From Eledone cirrhosa (Eukaryota), in NCBI GenBank assembly GCA_964016885.1, contig OZ024741.1:233988001-234052000 (forward strand): a DNA stretch of 64,000 nucleotides, read 5' to 3'. Below, piece by piece: positions 52,277-64,000 of the stretch. The position numbers were made by a program, and so were the translations under genes. The notes beneath the pieces were generated by a model. It did no database searches. It was not told where the DNA came from and saw only the letters and a list, made by a program, of their open reading frames with translations. Numbering within the stretch: the stretch's first letter is position 1; every line of letters begins with the position of its first letter.

Positions 52277-54639
52277 ATGTATATATATAATGTATTTTGC
52301 AATACACTTTATGCTTAATTAAAAGCATTTTGAAGACCGTAAGCTATTGTTTTAACGTAGTGACAAATTCACTTACTTTGATCTCAGCAAACAGGGGAGA
52401 TAAGCCGACAAGTCTTGTTTCGCTTTGGTTGAAGCTTATCAAGGCTAACTACCCCTCCTGTCTACTGAGATCACTGATGTTATATTCTTATAGAAATCTA
52501 GTAAATAATCAGGAGCTGATTATGCAGAGCGGTTGTTGGTCAGGCAGAAATTAAAAATTAGAATTGGAGCTCTGAAATAGCAGGAGTTAGGGGTGAGTTA
52601 ACAATGTTAATGATGTTAGTTGTGGAATGTATGGATATTCTGGTTGTATTATTGGGCGTGGGTAAGTGTATTAGTAGTGTAGGTTGGTTGAGTGTGCACG
52701 GAGTTAATGCATGTATGTGTGATGGTCAGTGTGCATGTGTGGGTGTTAAGTGTGTTGGTGAAGGTGCATGTGTGTGAATGTGTGCACACATACGTCCACA
52801 CATGCACACAAACAGATGAGCACGATTCGAACATATGTGCGTGTGTGTGTGTATGCTAGTATGTGTGTTTGGCAAAAGATGTGTGGCAGTGCATGTGCAT
52901 GCGTGTGCATGCATACAAATACATGTATACACATACACACACACATGGGTAGGAGTGGTGGGGTGAGTTAATGATGTAAGTTATGGAATGTACGGGTGTT
53001 CTGGCCGTAATAGTGGAGGGTTAGTGGGCATTAGTGGTGTAGGCTGGATGTGTGTGTGTTGGGTCAATGTATGTGTATGTGGTGGTCAGTGTGTGCGTGT
53101 GCATGCTCTCACATGCTGCCGTGTGTTAGTGCATTCATGTGCAACTGTATGTGGCTGTGTGGGTGGAAGTGTGTGTGTGTTGTAGGGGGTGGTATGTGCA
53201 TGGATACTCAAACACTGGCATGTAGTGTTAGCTGGCCATGCATGCATAGGGTTGAACATGCGCAATCATGGCGGTCATCATGCGGGCGCATGCGCAAACA
53301 CACACAGGTGGGGTAAAGAATTGGAGAGAAAAAAAAAAGGATCTGTTCCCTCCTGAGGTGTGAGTCCAGTGGTCAAGTGCACGTGACGAGGTCAAAAATT
53401 GTGAGGTGATTAAGGGATTTGTTAAGGGGTCCTTGTTTCACAACATTGCCATGCAAGGTTAATTAAATGTCTTATATCCTTCAGCATTACCATCATAACT
53501 GGTGCCTTACATGTCCTACATACCTCAATGTGGACATAGAGAGTTCATTAAAGGGTTGTAGACAGGTAATTGACTGGTCTTTGACCCCTAATGTAGCTAT
53601 GGAGGGTCCATTAAATGTCCTATCTTAGTCATCATAGCTGGTGATGAGAGTGTCCCACACTCACCCATATGCCTGTAAATGGTTAATAAAATTTCAATGG
53701 TGCCAAGCTGCATCAGCCCTTGAGTTTCTCTTTGACAACATTGATGACGTGGATTTGCATGCATGAGAAACTGCTTGTCTTCTATGAAAAAAAAGAGAAA
53801 AGCCTTGCCCAGGCCTACATGTTGGCGAGGGGCCTTCTTGATGTAGATACCCACCCACGGTCACCTATGAGCAAAAGTGGCCTCTCGAGATACAGGATAT
53901 CTTTCACAAAACGACGAGATGACTACAACTGAAACATCTTTGATTGAAGTGTCTTGATGAGACACAACTAAGCTACTGGTGGCACATTTGAACCTGTAAT
54001 CTATGATTTGACAGAGCAATACCATACCCACTCTGCCACTTAACCTCTCTAATAACAAGTTGTTGTTGCTTAAATTCGGGATTGCCTTGATTCAATATAC
54101 CTAGGGTCAAAATAATTCCAACCGTGATCATCTCATATTTTTTAATTATTTGTTCAGAAATAGTATATCTAGAACCACATCATAGAACATGAATCCCCTC
54201 CACACACCTTTTTTTAAGGATGGTGGAGGTGGTGAGAGAGTGGGATATGAGTAATAGTTGGCTGCTATTTTTAGTAGGCTAAGTGACCATGTAAAGGTAA
54301 AGGCTCCCTCATTTGCCCATCCAATAACAAGTTTAACTCGGGTATAAATAGAGGCATGAGGGGAAGACACTGCCACCCATCAAATCCATGTTATCAGGAG
54401 CTGGTGGTGACATTCATGGAATGATAATGATTATGATGATGTTGTATAGCTCCCACATAGCCTATGATCAAAGTCATTCCGGCCATGACCATTCCATCCT
54501 TCACTGGGCATTGTGTATCTAGGACTATATTATCCAATGTGTGTTTCCCATTTGAACGATGGTAGGGGGTAATTTGGCTGCTATCTCTCGCATATCAAGT
54601 GACCATATATAGGACTCCTTCATAAACTCAAAAAATATA

Positions 54640-57600
54640 ATAATGATAGTGGTAGTGAATATGATGATGTTGATTATGATGATGATGACTATGATGATGG
54701 TGATTGTCATGATGATGATGATGGTGATTGTGATGGTAATCAAGACTATAATGATGGTGATCAAGACTATGATGATGGTGATTGTGATGGTGATCAAGAC
54801 TATCGTGATGGTAATTGTGATGATGATGATGACTATGATGATGGTGATTGTGATGATGATGACTATGATGATGTTGATTGTGATGATGATGATGACTATG
54901 ATGATGGTGATTGTGATGGTAATCAAGACTATGATGATGGTGATTGTGATGATGATGAAGACTATCATGATGGTGATTGTGATGGTGATCAAGACTATGA
55001 TGATGGTGATTGTGATGATGATGAAGACTATGATGATGGTGATTGTGATGATGATGACTATGATGATGTTGATTGTGATGATGATGATGACTATGATGAT
55101 GGTGATTGTGATGGTAATCAAGACTATGATGATGGTGATTGTGATGATGATGAAGACTATCATGATGGTGATTGTGATGGTGATCAAGACTATAATGATG
55201 GTAATTGTGATGATGATGATGACTATGATGATGGTGATTGTGATGATGATGAAGACTATGATGATGGTGATTGTGATGGTGATCAAGACTATGATGATGG
55301 TGATTGTGATGGTGATCAAGACTATGATGATGGTGATTGTGATGATGATGAAGACTATAATGATGGTAATTGTGATGATGATGATGACTATGATGATGGT
55401 GATTGTGATGATGATGACTATGATGATGTTGATTGTGATGGTAATCAAGACTATGATGATGGTGATTGTGATGGTGATTGTGATGATGATGGTGATTGTG
55501 ATGATGATGAAGACTATCATGATGGTGATTGTGATGGTGATCAAGACTATGATGATGGTGATTGTGATGATGATCAAGACTATCATGATGGTGATTGTGA
55601 TGATGATGAAGACTATGATGATGGTGATTGTGATGGTGATCAAGACAATGATGATGGTGATTGTGATGGTGATCAAGACTATGATGATGGTGATTGTGAT
55701 GGTGATCAAGACTATCATGATGGTGATTGTGATGGTGATCAAGACTATAATGATGGTGATTGTGATGGTGATCAAGACTATCATGATGGTGATTGTGATG
55801 GTAATCAAGACTATGATGATGGTGATTGTGATGGTGATCAAGACTATGATGATGGTGATTGTGATGGTGATCAAGACTATCATGATGGTGATTGTGATGG
55901 TGATCAAGACTATCATGATGGTGATTGTGATGGTAATCAAGACTATGATGATGGTGATTGTGATGGTGATCAAGACTATGATGATGGTGATTGTGATGGT
56001 GATCAAGACTATCATGATGGTGATTGTGATGGTGATCAAGACTATAATGATGGTGATTGTGATGGTGATCAAGACTATCATGATGGTGATTGTGATGGTA
56101 ATCAAGACTATGATGATGGTGATTGTGATGGTGATCAAGACTATGATGATGGTGATTGTGATGGTGATCAAGACTATGATGATGGTGATTGTGATGGTGA
56201 TCAAGACTATGATGATGGTGATTGTGATGGTGATCAAGACTATCATGATGGTGATTGTGATGATGATCAAGACTATGACGATGGTGATTGTGATGGTGAT
56301 CAAGACTATAATGATGGTGATTGTGATGGTGATCAAGACTATCATGATGGTGATTGTGATGGTGATCAAGACTATAATGATGGTGATTGTGATGGTGATC
56401 AAGACTATCATGATGGTGATTGTGATGGTAATCAAGACTATGATGATGGTGATTGTGATGGTGATCAAGACTATGATGATGGTGATTGTGATGGTGATCA
56501 AGACTATGATGATGGTGATTGTGATGGTGATCAAGACTATGATGATGGTGATTGTGATGGTGATCAAGACTATCATGATGGTGATTGTGATGATGATCAA
56601 GACTATGACGATGGTGATTGTGATGGTGATCAAGACTATAATGATGGTGATTGTGATGGTGATCAAGACTATCATGATGGTGATTGTGATGGTAATCAAG
56701 ACTATGATGATGGTGATTGTGATGGTGATCAAGACTATGATGATGGTGATTGTGATGGTGATCAAGACTATCATGATGGTGATTGTGATGGTGATCAAGA
56801 CTATCATGATGGTGATTGTGATGGTAATCAAGACTATGATGATGGTGATTGTGATGGTGATCAAGACTATGATGATGGTGATTGTGATGGTGATCAAGAC
56901 TATGATGATGGTGATTGTGATGATGATGAAGACTATCATGATGGTGATTGTGATGATGAAGAAGACTATGATGATGGTGATTGTGATGATGATGAAGACT
57001 AAGATGATGGTGATTGTGATGGTGATCAAGACTATGATGATGGTGATTGTGATGGTGATGAAGACTATGATGATGGTGATGGTGATGGTGATCAAGACTC
57101 TGATGATGGTGATTGTGATGGTGATCCAGACTATGATGATCAAGACTATGATGATGGTGATTGTGATGATGAAGACTATGATGATGGTGATTGTGATGGT
57201 GATCAAGACTATGATGATGGTGATTGTGATGGTGATGAAGACTATGATGATGGTGATTGTGATGGTGATGAAGACTATGATGATGGTGATGGTGATGGTG
57301 ATCAAGACTATGATGATGGTGATTGTGATGGTGATCCAGACTATGATGATCAAGACTATGATGATGGTGATTGTGATGATGAAGACTATGATGATGGTGA
57401 TTGTGATGGTGATCAAGACTATGATGATGGTGATTGTAATGATGATGAAGACTATGATGATGGTGATTGTAATGGTGATGAAGACTATGATGATGGTGAT
57501 TGTGATGGTGATCAAGACTATGATGATGGTGATTGTGATTGTGATGAAGACTATGATGATGGTGATGGTGATGGTGATCCAGACTATGATGATGGTGATT

Positions 57601-59625
57601 GTGATGGTGATGAAGACTATGGTGATGGTGATTGTGATGATGATGAAGACTATGATGATGGTGATTGTGATGATGATGAAGACTATGATGATGGTGATTG
57701 TGATGGTGATGATGACTATGACGATGGTGATTGTGATGGTGATGAAGACTATGATGATGGTGATCAAGACTATGATGATCAAGACTATGATGATGGTGAT
57801 TGTGATGATGAAGACTATGATGATGGTGATTGTGATGGTGATGAAGACTATGATGATGGTGATTGTGATGGTGATGAAGACTATGATGATGGTGATCAAG
57901 ACTATGATGATGGTGATTGTGATCAAGACTATGATGGTGATTGTGATGATGATGAAGACTATGATGATGGTGATTGTGATGGTGATCAAGACTATGATGA
58001 TGGTGATTGTGATGGTGATGAAGACTATGATGATGGTGATTGTGATGGTGATCAAGACTATGATGATGGTGATTGTGATGATGATGAAGACTATGATGAT
58101 GGTGATTGTGATGGTGAACAAGACTATGATGATGGTGATTGTGATGATGGTGAAGACTATGATGATGGTGATTGTGATGGTGATGAAGACTATGATGATG
58201 GTGATTGTGATGATGATGAAGACTATGATGATGGTGATTGTGATGGTGATGAAGACTACGATGATGGTGATTGTGATGATGATCAAGACTATCATGATGG
58301 TGATTGTGATGGTGATGAAGACTATGATGATGGTGATTGTGATGATGATGAAGACTATCATGATGGTGATTGTGATGGTGATGAAGACTATGATGATTGT
58401 GATTGTGATGGTGATCAAGACTATGATGATGGTGATTGTAATGATGATGAAGACTATGATGATGGTGATTGTAATGGTGATCAAGACTATGATGATGGTG
58501 ATTGTGATGATGATGAAGACTATCATGATGGTGATTGTGATGGTGATGAAGACTATGATGATTGTGATTGTGATGGTGATCAAGACTATGATGATGGTGA
58601 TTGTGATGATGGTGAAGACTATGATGATGGTGATTGTGATGATGATGAAGACTATGATGATGGTGATTGTGATGATGATGAAGACTATGATGATGGTGAT
58701 TGTGATGATGATGAAGACTATGATGATGGTGATTGTGATGATGATGAAGACTATCATGATGGTGATTGTGATGGTGATCAAGGCTATAATGATGGTGATT
58801 GTGATGATGATGAAGACTATGATGATGGTGATTGTGATGATGAAGAAGACTACGATGATGGTGATTGTGATGATGAGGAAGACTATGATGATGGTGATTG
58901 TGATGATGATGAAGACTATGATGATGGTGATTGTGATGATGAAGAAGACTATGATGATGGTGATTGTGATGGTGATCAAGACTATGATGATGGTGATTGT
59001 GATGATGATGAAGACTATAATGGTGGTGATTGTGATGATGATGAAGACTATGATGATGGTGATTGTGATGGTGATGAAGACTACGATGATGGTGATTGTG
59101 ATGATGAAGAAGACTATGATGATGGTGATTGTGATGGTGATCAAGACTATGATGATGGTGATTGTGATGATGATGAAGACTATAATGATGGTGATTGTGA
59201 TGATGATGAAGACTATGATGATGGTGATTGTGATGATGATGAAGACTATAATGATGGTGATTGTGATGATGATGAAGACTATGATGATGGTGATTGTGAT
59301 GATGATCTAGACTATAATGATGGTGATTGTGATGGTGATCAAGACTATAATGATGGTGATTGTGATGATGATCAAGACTATCATGATGGTGATTGTGATG
59401 ATGATCAAGACTATAATGATGGTGATTGTGATGGTGATCAAGACTATAATGATGGTGATTGTGATGGTGATCAAGACTATCATGATGGTGATTGTGATGG
59501 TGATCAAGACTATGATGATGGAGATTGTGATGGTGATCAAGACTATCATGATGGTGATTGTGATGATGATGAAGACTATGATGATGGTGATTGTGATGAT
59601 GAACAAGACTATCATGATGGTGATG
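54640..59625. repeat. ~5-kb array of a 33-bp GAT-derived minisatellite (ATCAAGACTATGATGATGGTGATTGTGATGGTG)
   Basis: About 150 units; the array explains the >1500-aa low-complexity ORFs. Confidence 0.95.
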
Positions 59626-59689
59626 AGTTAAAAAAATACTGAGGTAAAACAATAAAGTGCATTAGCACAGAAGGTGAACTGTAGAATCA

Positions 59690-60094
59690 ATACAGTAGCT
59701 ACAGCACCAGTAACAGCAGCCACAACAACAACAACAGCAGCAGCACCTACAACACCAGTAGCGGTAACACCACCACCACCTACAACGACAACAGCAGCAG
59801 CAGCACCTACAGCAAAAACACCAGTTACACCCCCCTCCCACACACACACACACTAACAACAACAACAACAGCAGCAGCAGCAGCACCTACAGCAAAAACA
59901 GCAGTTACACCCCCCTCCCACAAACACACACACTAACAACAACAACAACAACAGCAGCAGCAGCACCTACAGCAAAAACAGCAGTTACACCCCCACCCCA
60001 CACACACACACTAACAACAACAACAACAACAACAGAAGCAGCAGCACCTACAGCAAAAACAGCAGTTACACCCCCCCCCACACACGCACACACT

Positions 60095-60128
<34 letters not shown>

Positions 60129-60262
60129 GCAACAGCAGCACCTACAGCAAAAACAGCAGTGACAACACCAACAACAACAGCACCAACAATCACAACAAAA
60201 GTAGCAACAGAGGCAACAACAAAAGCAGTAGCTACAGCAGCAACAACAGTAACAACAACAAA
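59690..60262. repeat. Compound (ACA)n/(GCA)n tandem repeat, ~80-bp unit
   Basis: GCAGCACCTACAGCAAAAACAGCAGTTACACCCCC recurs about 5 times. Confidence 0.85.
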
Positions 60263-60713
60263 AAGCTCATCAAGATCATGAAATGGGTCACGTGTCAGCT
60301 ACAGATTTCCTAGAATTCATTTGCTAATGATGATCCACATACAAACCACACTACACATACACACACATACACACACACACACACACACACGCACATACAT
60401 ACAGACATACAAACACCTACACTCACACAAATGCATGCAGTTACATACAGACACATAGATACAAGTATGTTTTAGTGTATTTCTATGAACACAAGCAAAT
60501 TCTCATAGACACTTGCACACACACACACACACACACTCTCACTCACACACACACACATATATATCCTTACCATCATCATCATCATCATCATTTTTACATT
60601 GACTTTTCCATGCTGGCAAGGGTTTGGACAGGATGGTTTGAGACAATGTTTTACATCCAGATACCCTTCCTGATACCAACCCTTTTAGTTGACTCTTACG
60701 ACATACAAGGATA

Positions 60714-61526
60714 TCATCATCATCATCATCATCATCATCAACGTTTAACGTCCGTGTTCCACGCTTGCATGGGTTTGGACGGGGGTTTTCCCACCTGAGG
60801 CAAGAGTGTTTGTCTTGCTCGCATAGGACTGTCTGGCGGGTTTTCTACAGCTGGATGCCCTTCCTAACACCAACCACATTTACAGTGTGGGGCTGGGAGG
60901 TTTTTACCGTGTTGCCTACACGGCCACATTACAGCGTGGACTGTCTGGCGGGTTTTCTACAGCTGGATGCCCTTCCTAACACCAACCACATTTACAGTGT
61001 GGGGCTGGGAGGTTTTTACCGTGTTGCCTACACGGCCACATTACAGCGTGGACTGTCTGGCGGGTTTTCTACAGCTGGATGCCCTTCCTAACACCAACCA
61101 CATTTACAGTGTGGGGCTGGGAGGTTTTTACCGTGTTGCCTACACGGCCACATTACAGCGTGGACTGTCTGGCGGGTTTTCTACAGCTGGATGCCCTTCC
61201 TAACACCAACCACATTTACAGTGTGGGGCTGGGAGGTTTTTACCATGTTGCCTACACGGCCACATTACAGCGTGGACTGTCTGGCGGGTTTTCTACAGCT
61301 GGATGCCCTTCCTAACACCAACCACATTTACAGTGTGGGGCTGGGAGGTTTTTACCGTGTTGCCTACACGGCCACATTACAGCGTGGACTGTCTGGCGGG
61401 TTTTCTACAGCTGGATGCCCTTCCTAACACCAACCACATTTACAGTGTGGGGCTGGGAGGTTTTTACCGTGTTGCCTACACGGCCACATTACAGCGTGGA
61501 CTGTCTGGCGGGTTTTCTACAGCTGG
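60714..61526 (-). repeat. RTE/SINE 3' end containing 6.25 tandem copies of a 112-bp unit (60826-61526)
   Basis: Units start at 60826, 60938, 61050, 61162, 61274, 61386 and 61498. The unit is homologous to the RTE 3' UTR at 17075-17180. Confidence 0.92.
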
Positions 61527-61639
61527 TTACACATTGCACATACATATATACACATGCAAGGTATGCACATGCATAGGTAAATGAATGTTTCCAATAGAGA
61601 TAGACAGGTAGGACAGCATGAAACAATATCAACTTACCA

Positions 61640-62225
61640 GTATAACACCACCACCACCACCATCACCACTTTTTCTCCATCACTGCCCTCACCTTCACCC
61701 CTTCCACACCATCTCAACCACCACCAGCACATCTACCATTACCCTCACCGCTACCACCTTCACATCAATGTCCACCACTGCTACTACACCTTCACATCAA
61801 TACTGACAACCACCACCACTACCTCCACCTTCATATAAATACCTACCATCGTCACAACCACCACCTCCGCTTTCACAACACCAATCATAACAAGCACCAC
61901 AACTATCACAACACCAATCATAACCACCACTATCACCACCATCACAACATAACTATCACCATTTCCACTGCTACCACCATCAAAACACCAACCATAACAA
62001 CTACCACAACCACAACCATCACTACCACCAGCACAACAACCATAACTACCATCATTACCGCCATAGCACCAACCATAACAACCACCACCATTACACCAAC
62101 CATAACAACAACCATCACAACCACTAGCACAACCATAACAACTATCACCACCATTACACTAACTAGAACCACCACCACCTCCACCTTCACACCAATAACA
62201 ACTATAACCTCAACAACTACTAACA
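61640..62225. repeat. Degenerate (ACC/ACA)n low-complexity tract
   Basis: Direct inspection. Confidence 0.8.
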
Positions 62226-62859
62226 AGAAGCTAATGATGGAACCTCTACATAGTCACTCAACCTGCTAGAAATAGCAACCAACTCTCCTTCAAATCACAT
62301 TCTCCTTTCATAAAACAAAAGAGTACAACAGATAATATAACCCTAGATAGTTCTAAAAAGACAGAATAGTCATGGTTGGAATGCTTTTGGCCATAGTTTT
62401 CTGTTCAATCAATGATGACCAAAAGATAAACCACCACAACAACAGCATCACTTCTTCAGCAAACAAGGAAGCTTCTGTGTGGTCATTCCAACTGCTAGAT
62501 ATAACAACCAAATTTCCCTCAAATCATAACTAATTGTCTTGTAAAACAAACATTACATTAGATAATGCAATCCTTGATCACGATTACCAAGGTTGGACTA
62601 TCTTTGATCAAAGGTGTAACATCTGTGCTTTTCCCCAATATTTAAACAAGAGAAATGAAGTGAGATGATGACAATTGGGAATGAAAACCAGGTGATGTTA
62701 TCTTTACTTTCCTATCTTTATGAGATTACTGTAATCCTTTCATATCTTACATAAATCCTTATCATTATCAGTTCTGACAATCACTGTTCCTGTTTGTCCA
62801 CCCAAGAAATGTCTTATTCATTAAACTAGTTAAATTATCATTTAAGTGGCTGAGTATTC

Positions 62860-63105
62860 TTCCTTTACTTGTCAGGGAGATTCAGCTTGGCACAGTGTGT
62901 GACAAGGCTGGCCCTCTGTGTTACAGATACACTTCATCTGACAGGCTTCCAAACAGTTTTTGTCAACCTATTTTCACTAACAAGGCCTGGGTCAAACCAA
63001 GGTTATGGTAAAAGTCACCCACTCAAGATGCCATGCAGTGGAACCAAAACTGGAACCCTCATGATTGTGAAACAAACTTCTTAACCATTTGGCTATGCGG
63101 CCTCC
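62860..63105 (-). mobile_element. Old tRNA-derived SINE (third family)
   Basis: The minus strand begins GGAGGCCGCATAGCCAAATGGTTAAG, an A-box-like head. Confidence 0.55.
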
Positions 63106-63344
63106 ATTTATGATCATCATTATCATCATAACCATACCACACACACACACACAGAAGTCAAACATACAAGGTGTTACATACAATACCCCCATAACATTCA
63201 CAGCACCCAAACAGGGAACCCAAACAGAGTACTCACAGGTAATCACAATTTACACTAACAGAAACAAATAACAAGAATAGTGTACAAATAGTATGTAGTC
63301 CCCTCTCTAGAAATGGGAGACTCACTAGAATTGACATGAATGGA

Positions 63345-63630
63345 GGGTGCTGACATGTCAGCTCTCCTCCCTCTCCACTGAGTCCCTAATTTCTATCATG
63401 TCAGCCCTACCTCCTCTCCACTGGGTCCTTAATTTCTATCTTGTCAGCTCTTCCCACATCCTCTAGGTCCCTAATTTCTATCATGTCAGCCCCCCCTCCC
63501 CCACTAATTTTGCTAGGCCCTCAATTTCTATCATGTCACCCCTTCCCATTCTGCTGGGTCCCCAAATTTCTATCATATCAGTCACTACCATCCACTCCTG
63601 GGTCCCCAATTTCTATCATGTCAGCCCTAT
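63345..63630. repeat. Degenerate ~46-bp tandem repeat
   Basis: AATTTCTATCATGTCAGC recurs about 6 times. Confidence 0.75.
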
Positions 63631-64000
63631 TTGGGCAGTCCTGTTCTCCACAGCAAATCAACTTTAGTAAACTTATAAAGAACACAAACTGACACACTAC
63701 ACATCATCACAAGTTTTATACACTCAACACCCGATAACCATCTTCAGAACAAGCCAAAAATAAAAAAAAAAGGGTTGCTCAGTTTTTTTAGGATATTTAG
63801 TAAAAATTGACATGAATAATTTTGAAACTCTTTTTGATGCATCTATTCAATGAATCAACCATTATCATCGATGACTGCTTCAGTACGAGGCCTGAAATGA
63901 TGACATGTCCGAATCAGATGATCTTTATCTATTTGGGATATTGTGTTAGTTATGGCAGACTTCAGAGATTTTATAGTGTTATGGGAGTGTTGATTGACAT

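Noticed and set aside
54525-59652. 1539-, 1555- and 1674-aa ORFs as real genes
   Set aside because: They are translations of a GAT-based minisatellite that lacks stops in several frames. No domain or splice evidence is visible.
60826-61526. CRISPR-like array (also 3620-3830, 4411-4625 and 39065-39575)
   Set aside because: The units are contiguous with no unique spacers, there are no cas genes, and the context is eukaryotic.

Overview
AT-rich, microsatellite-dense eukaryotic DNA, most likely an octopus or other coleoid cephalopod. That call is inferred from the SINE/RTE repertoire, the (TA)n/(CAT)n density and the single-exon C2H2 gene. Only one host gene is supportable: an 11-finger C2H2 zinc-finger CDS (21498-23171, +). 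The rest is a mosaic of mobile-element remnants: a rearranged Gypsy LTR element, about 8 RTE-clade LINE fragments, CR1-group LINEs, tRNA-derived SINEs, a maT/Tc1-mariner relic, a pogo-like MITE, a Chapaev3-type DNA transposon with TIRs and TSD, and Helitron pieces. There are also several satellites, including a 5-kb 33-bp array and a 112-bp array. Most notable: (1) At least five hand-foldable type-I hammerhead ribozyme motifs, plus several half-motifs, sit in short Penelope-like fragments embedded in (TA)n, and the fragments repeatedly fold back inside hammerhead stem II to make genomic palindromes. (2) A C4HC3 PHD finger is inserted inside the reverse-transcriptase domain of the RTE LINEs. 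(3) A composite LINE/SINE fold-back insertion is flanked by a ~137-bp direct repeat. (4) The zinc-finger array has an alternating two-finger recognition code. All calls were made by eye; no searches were run.
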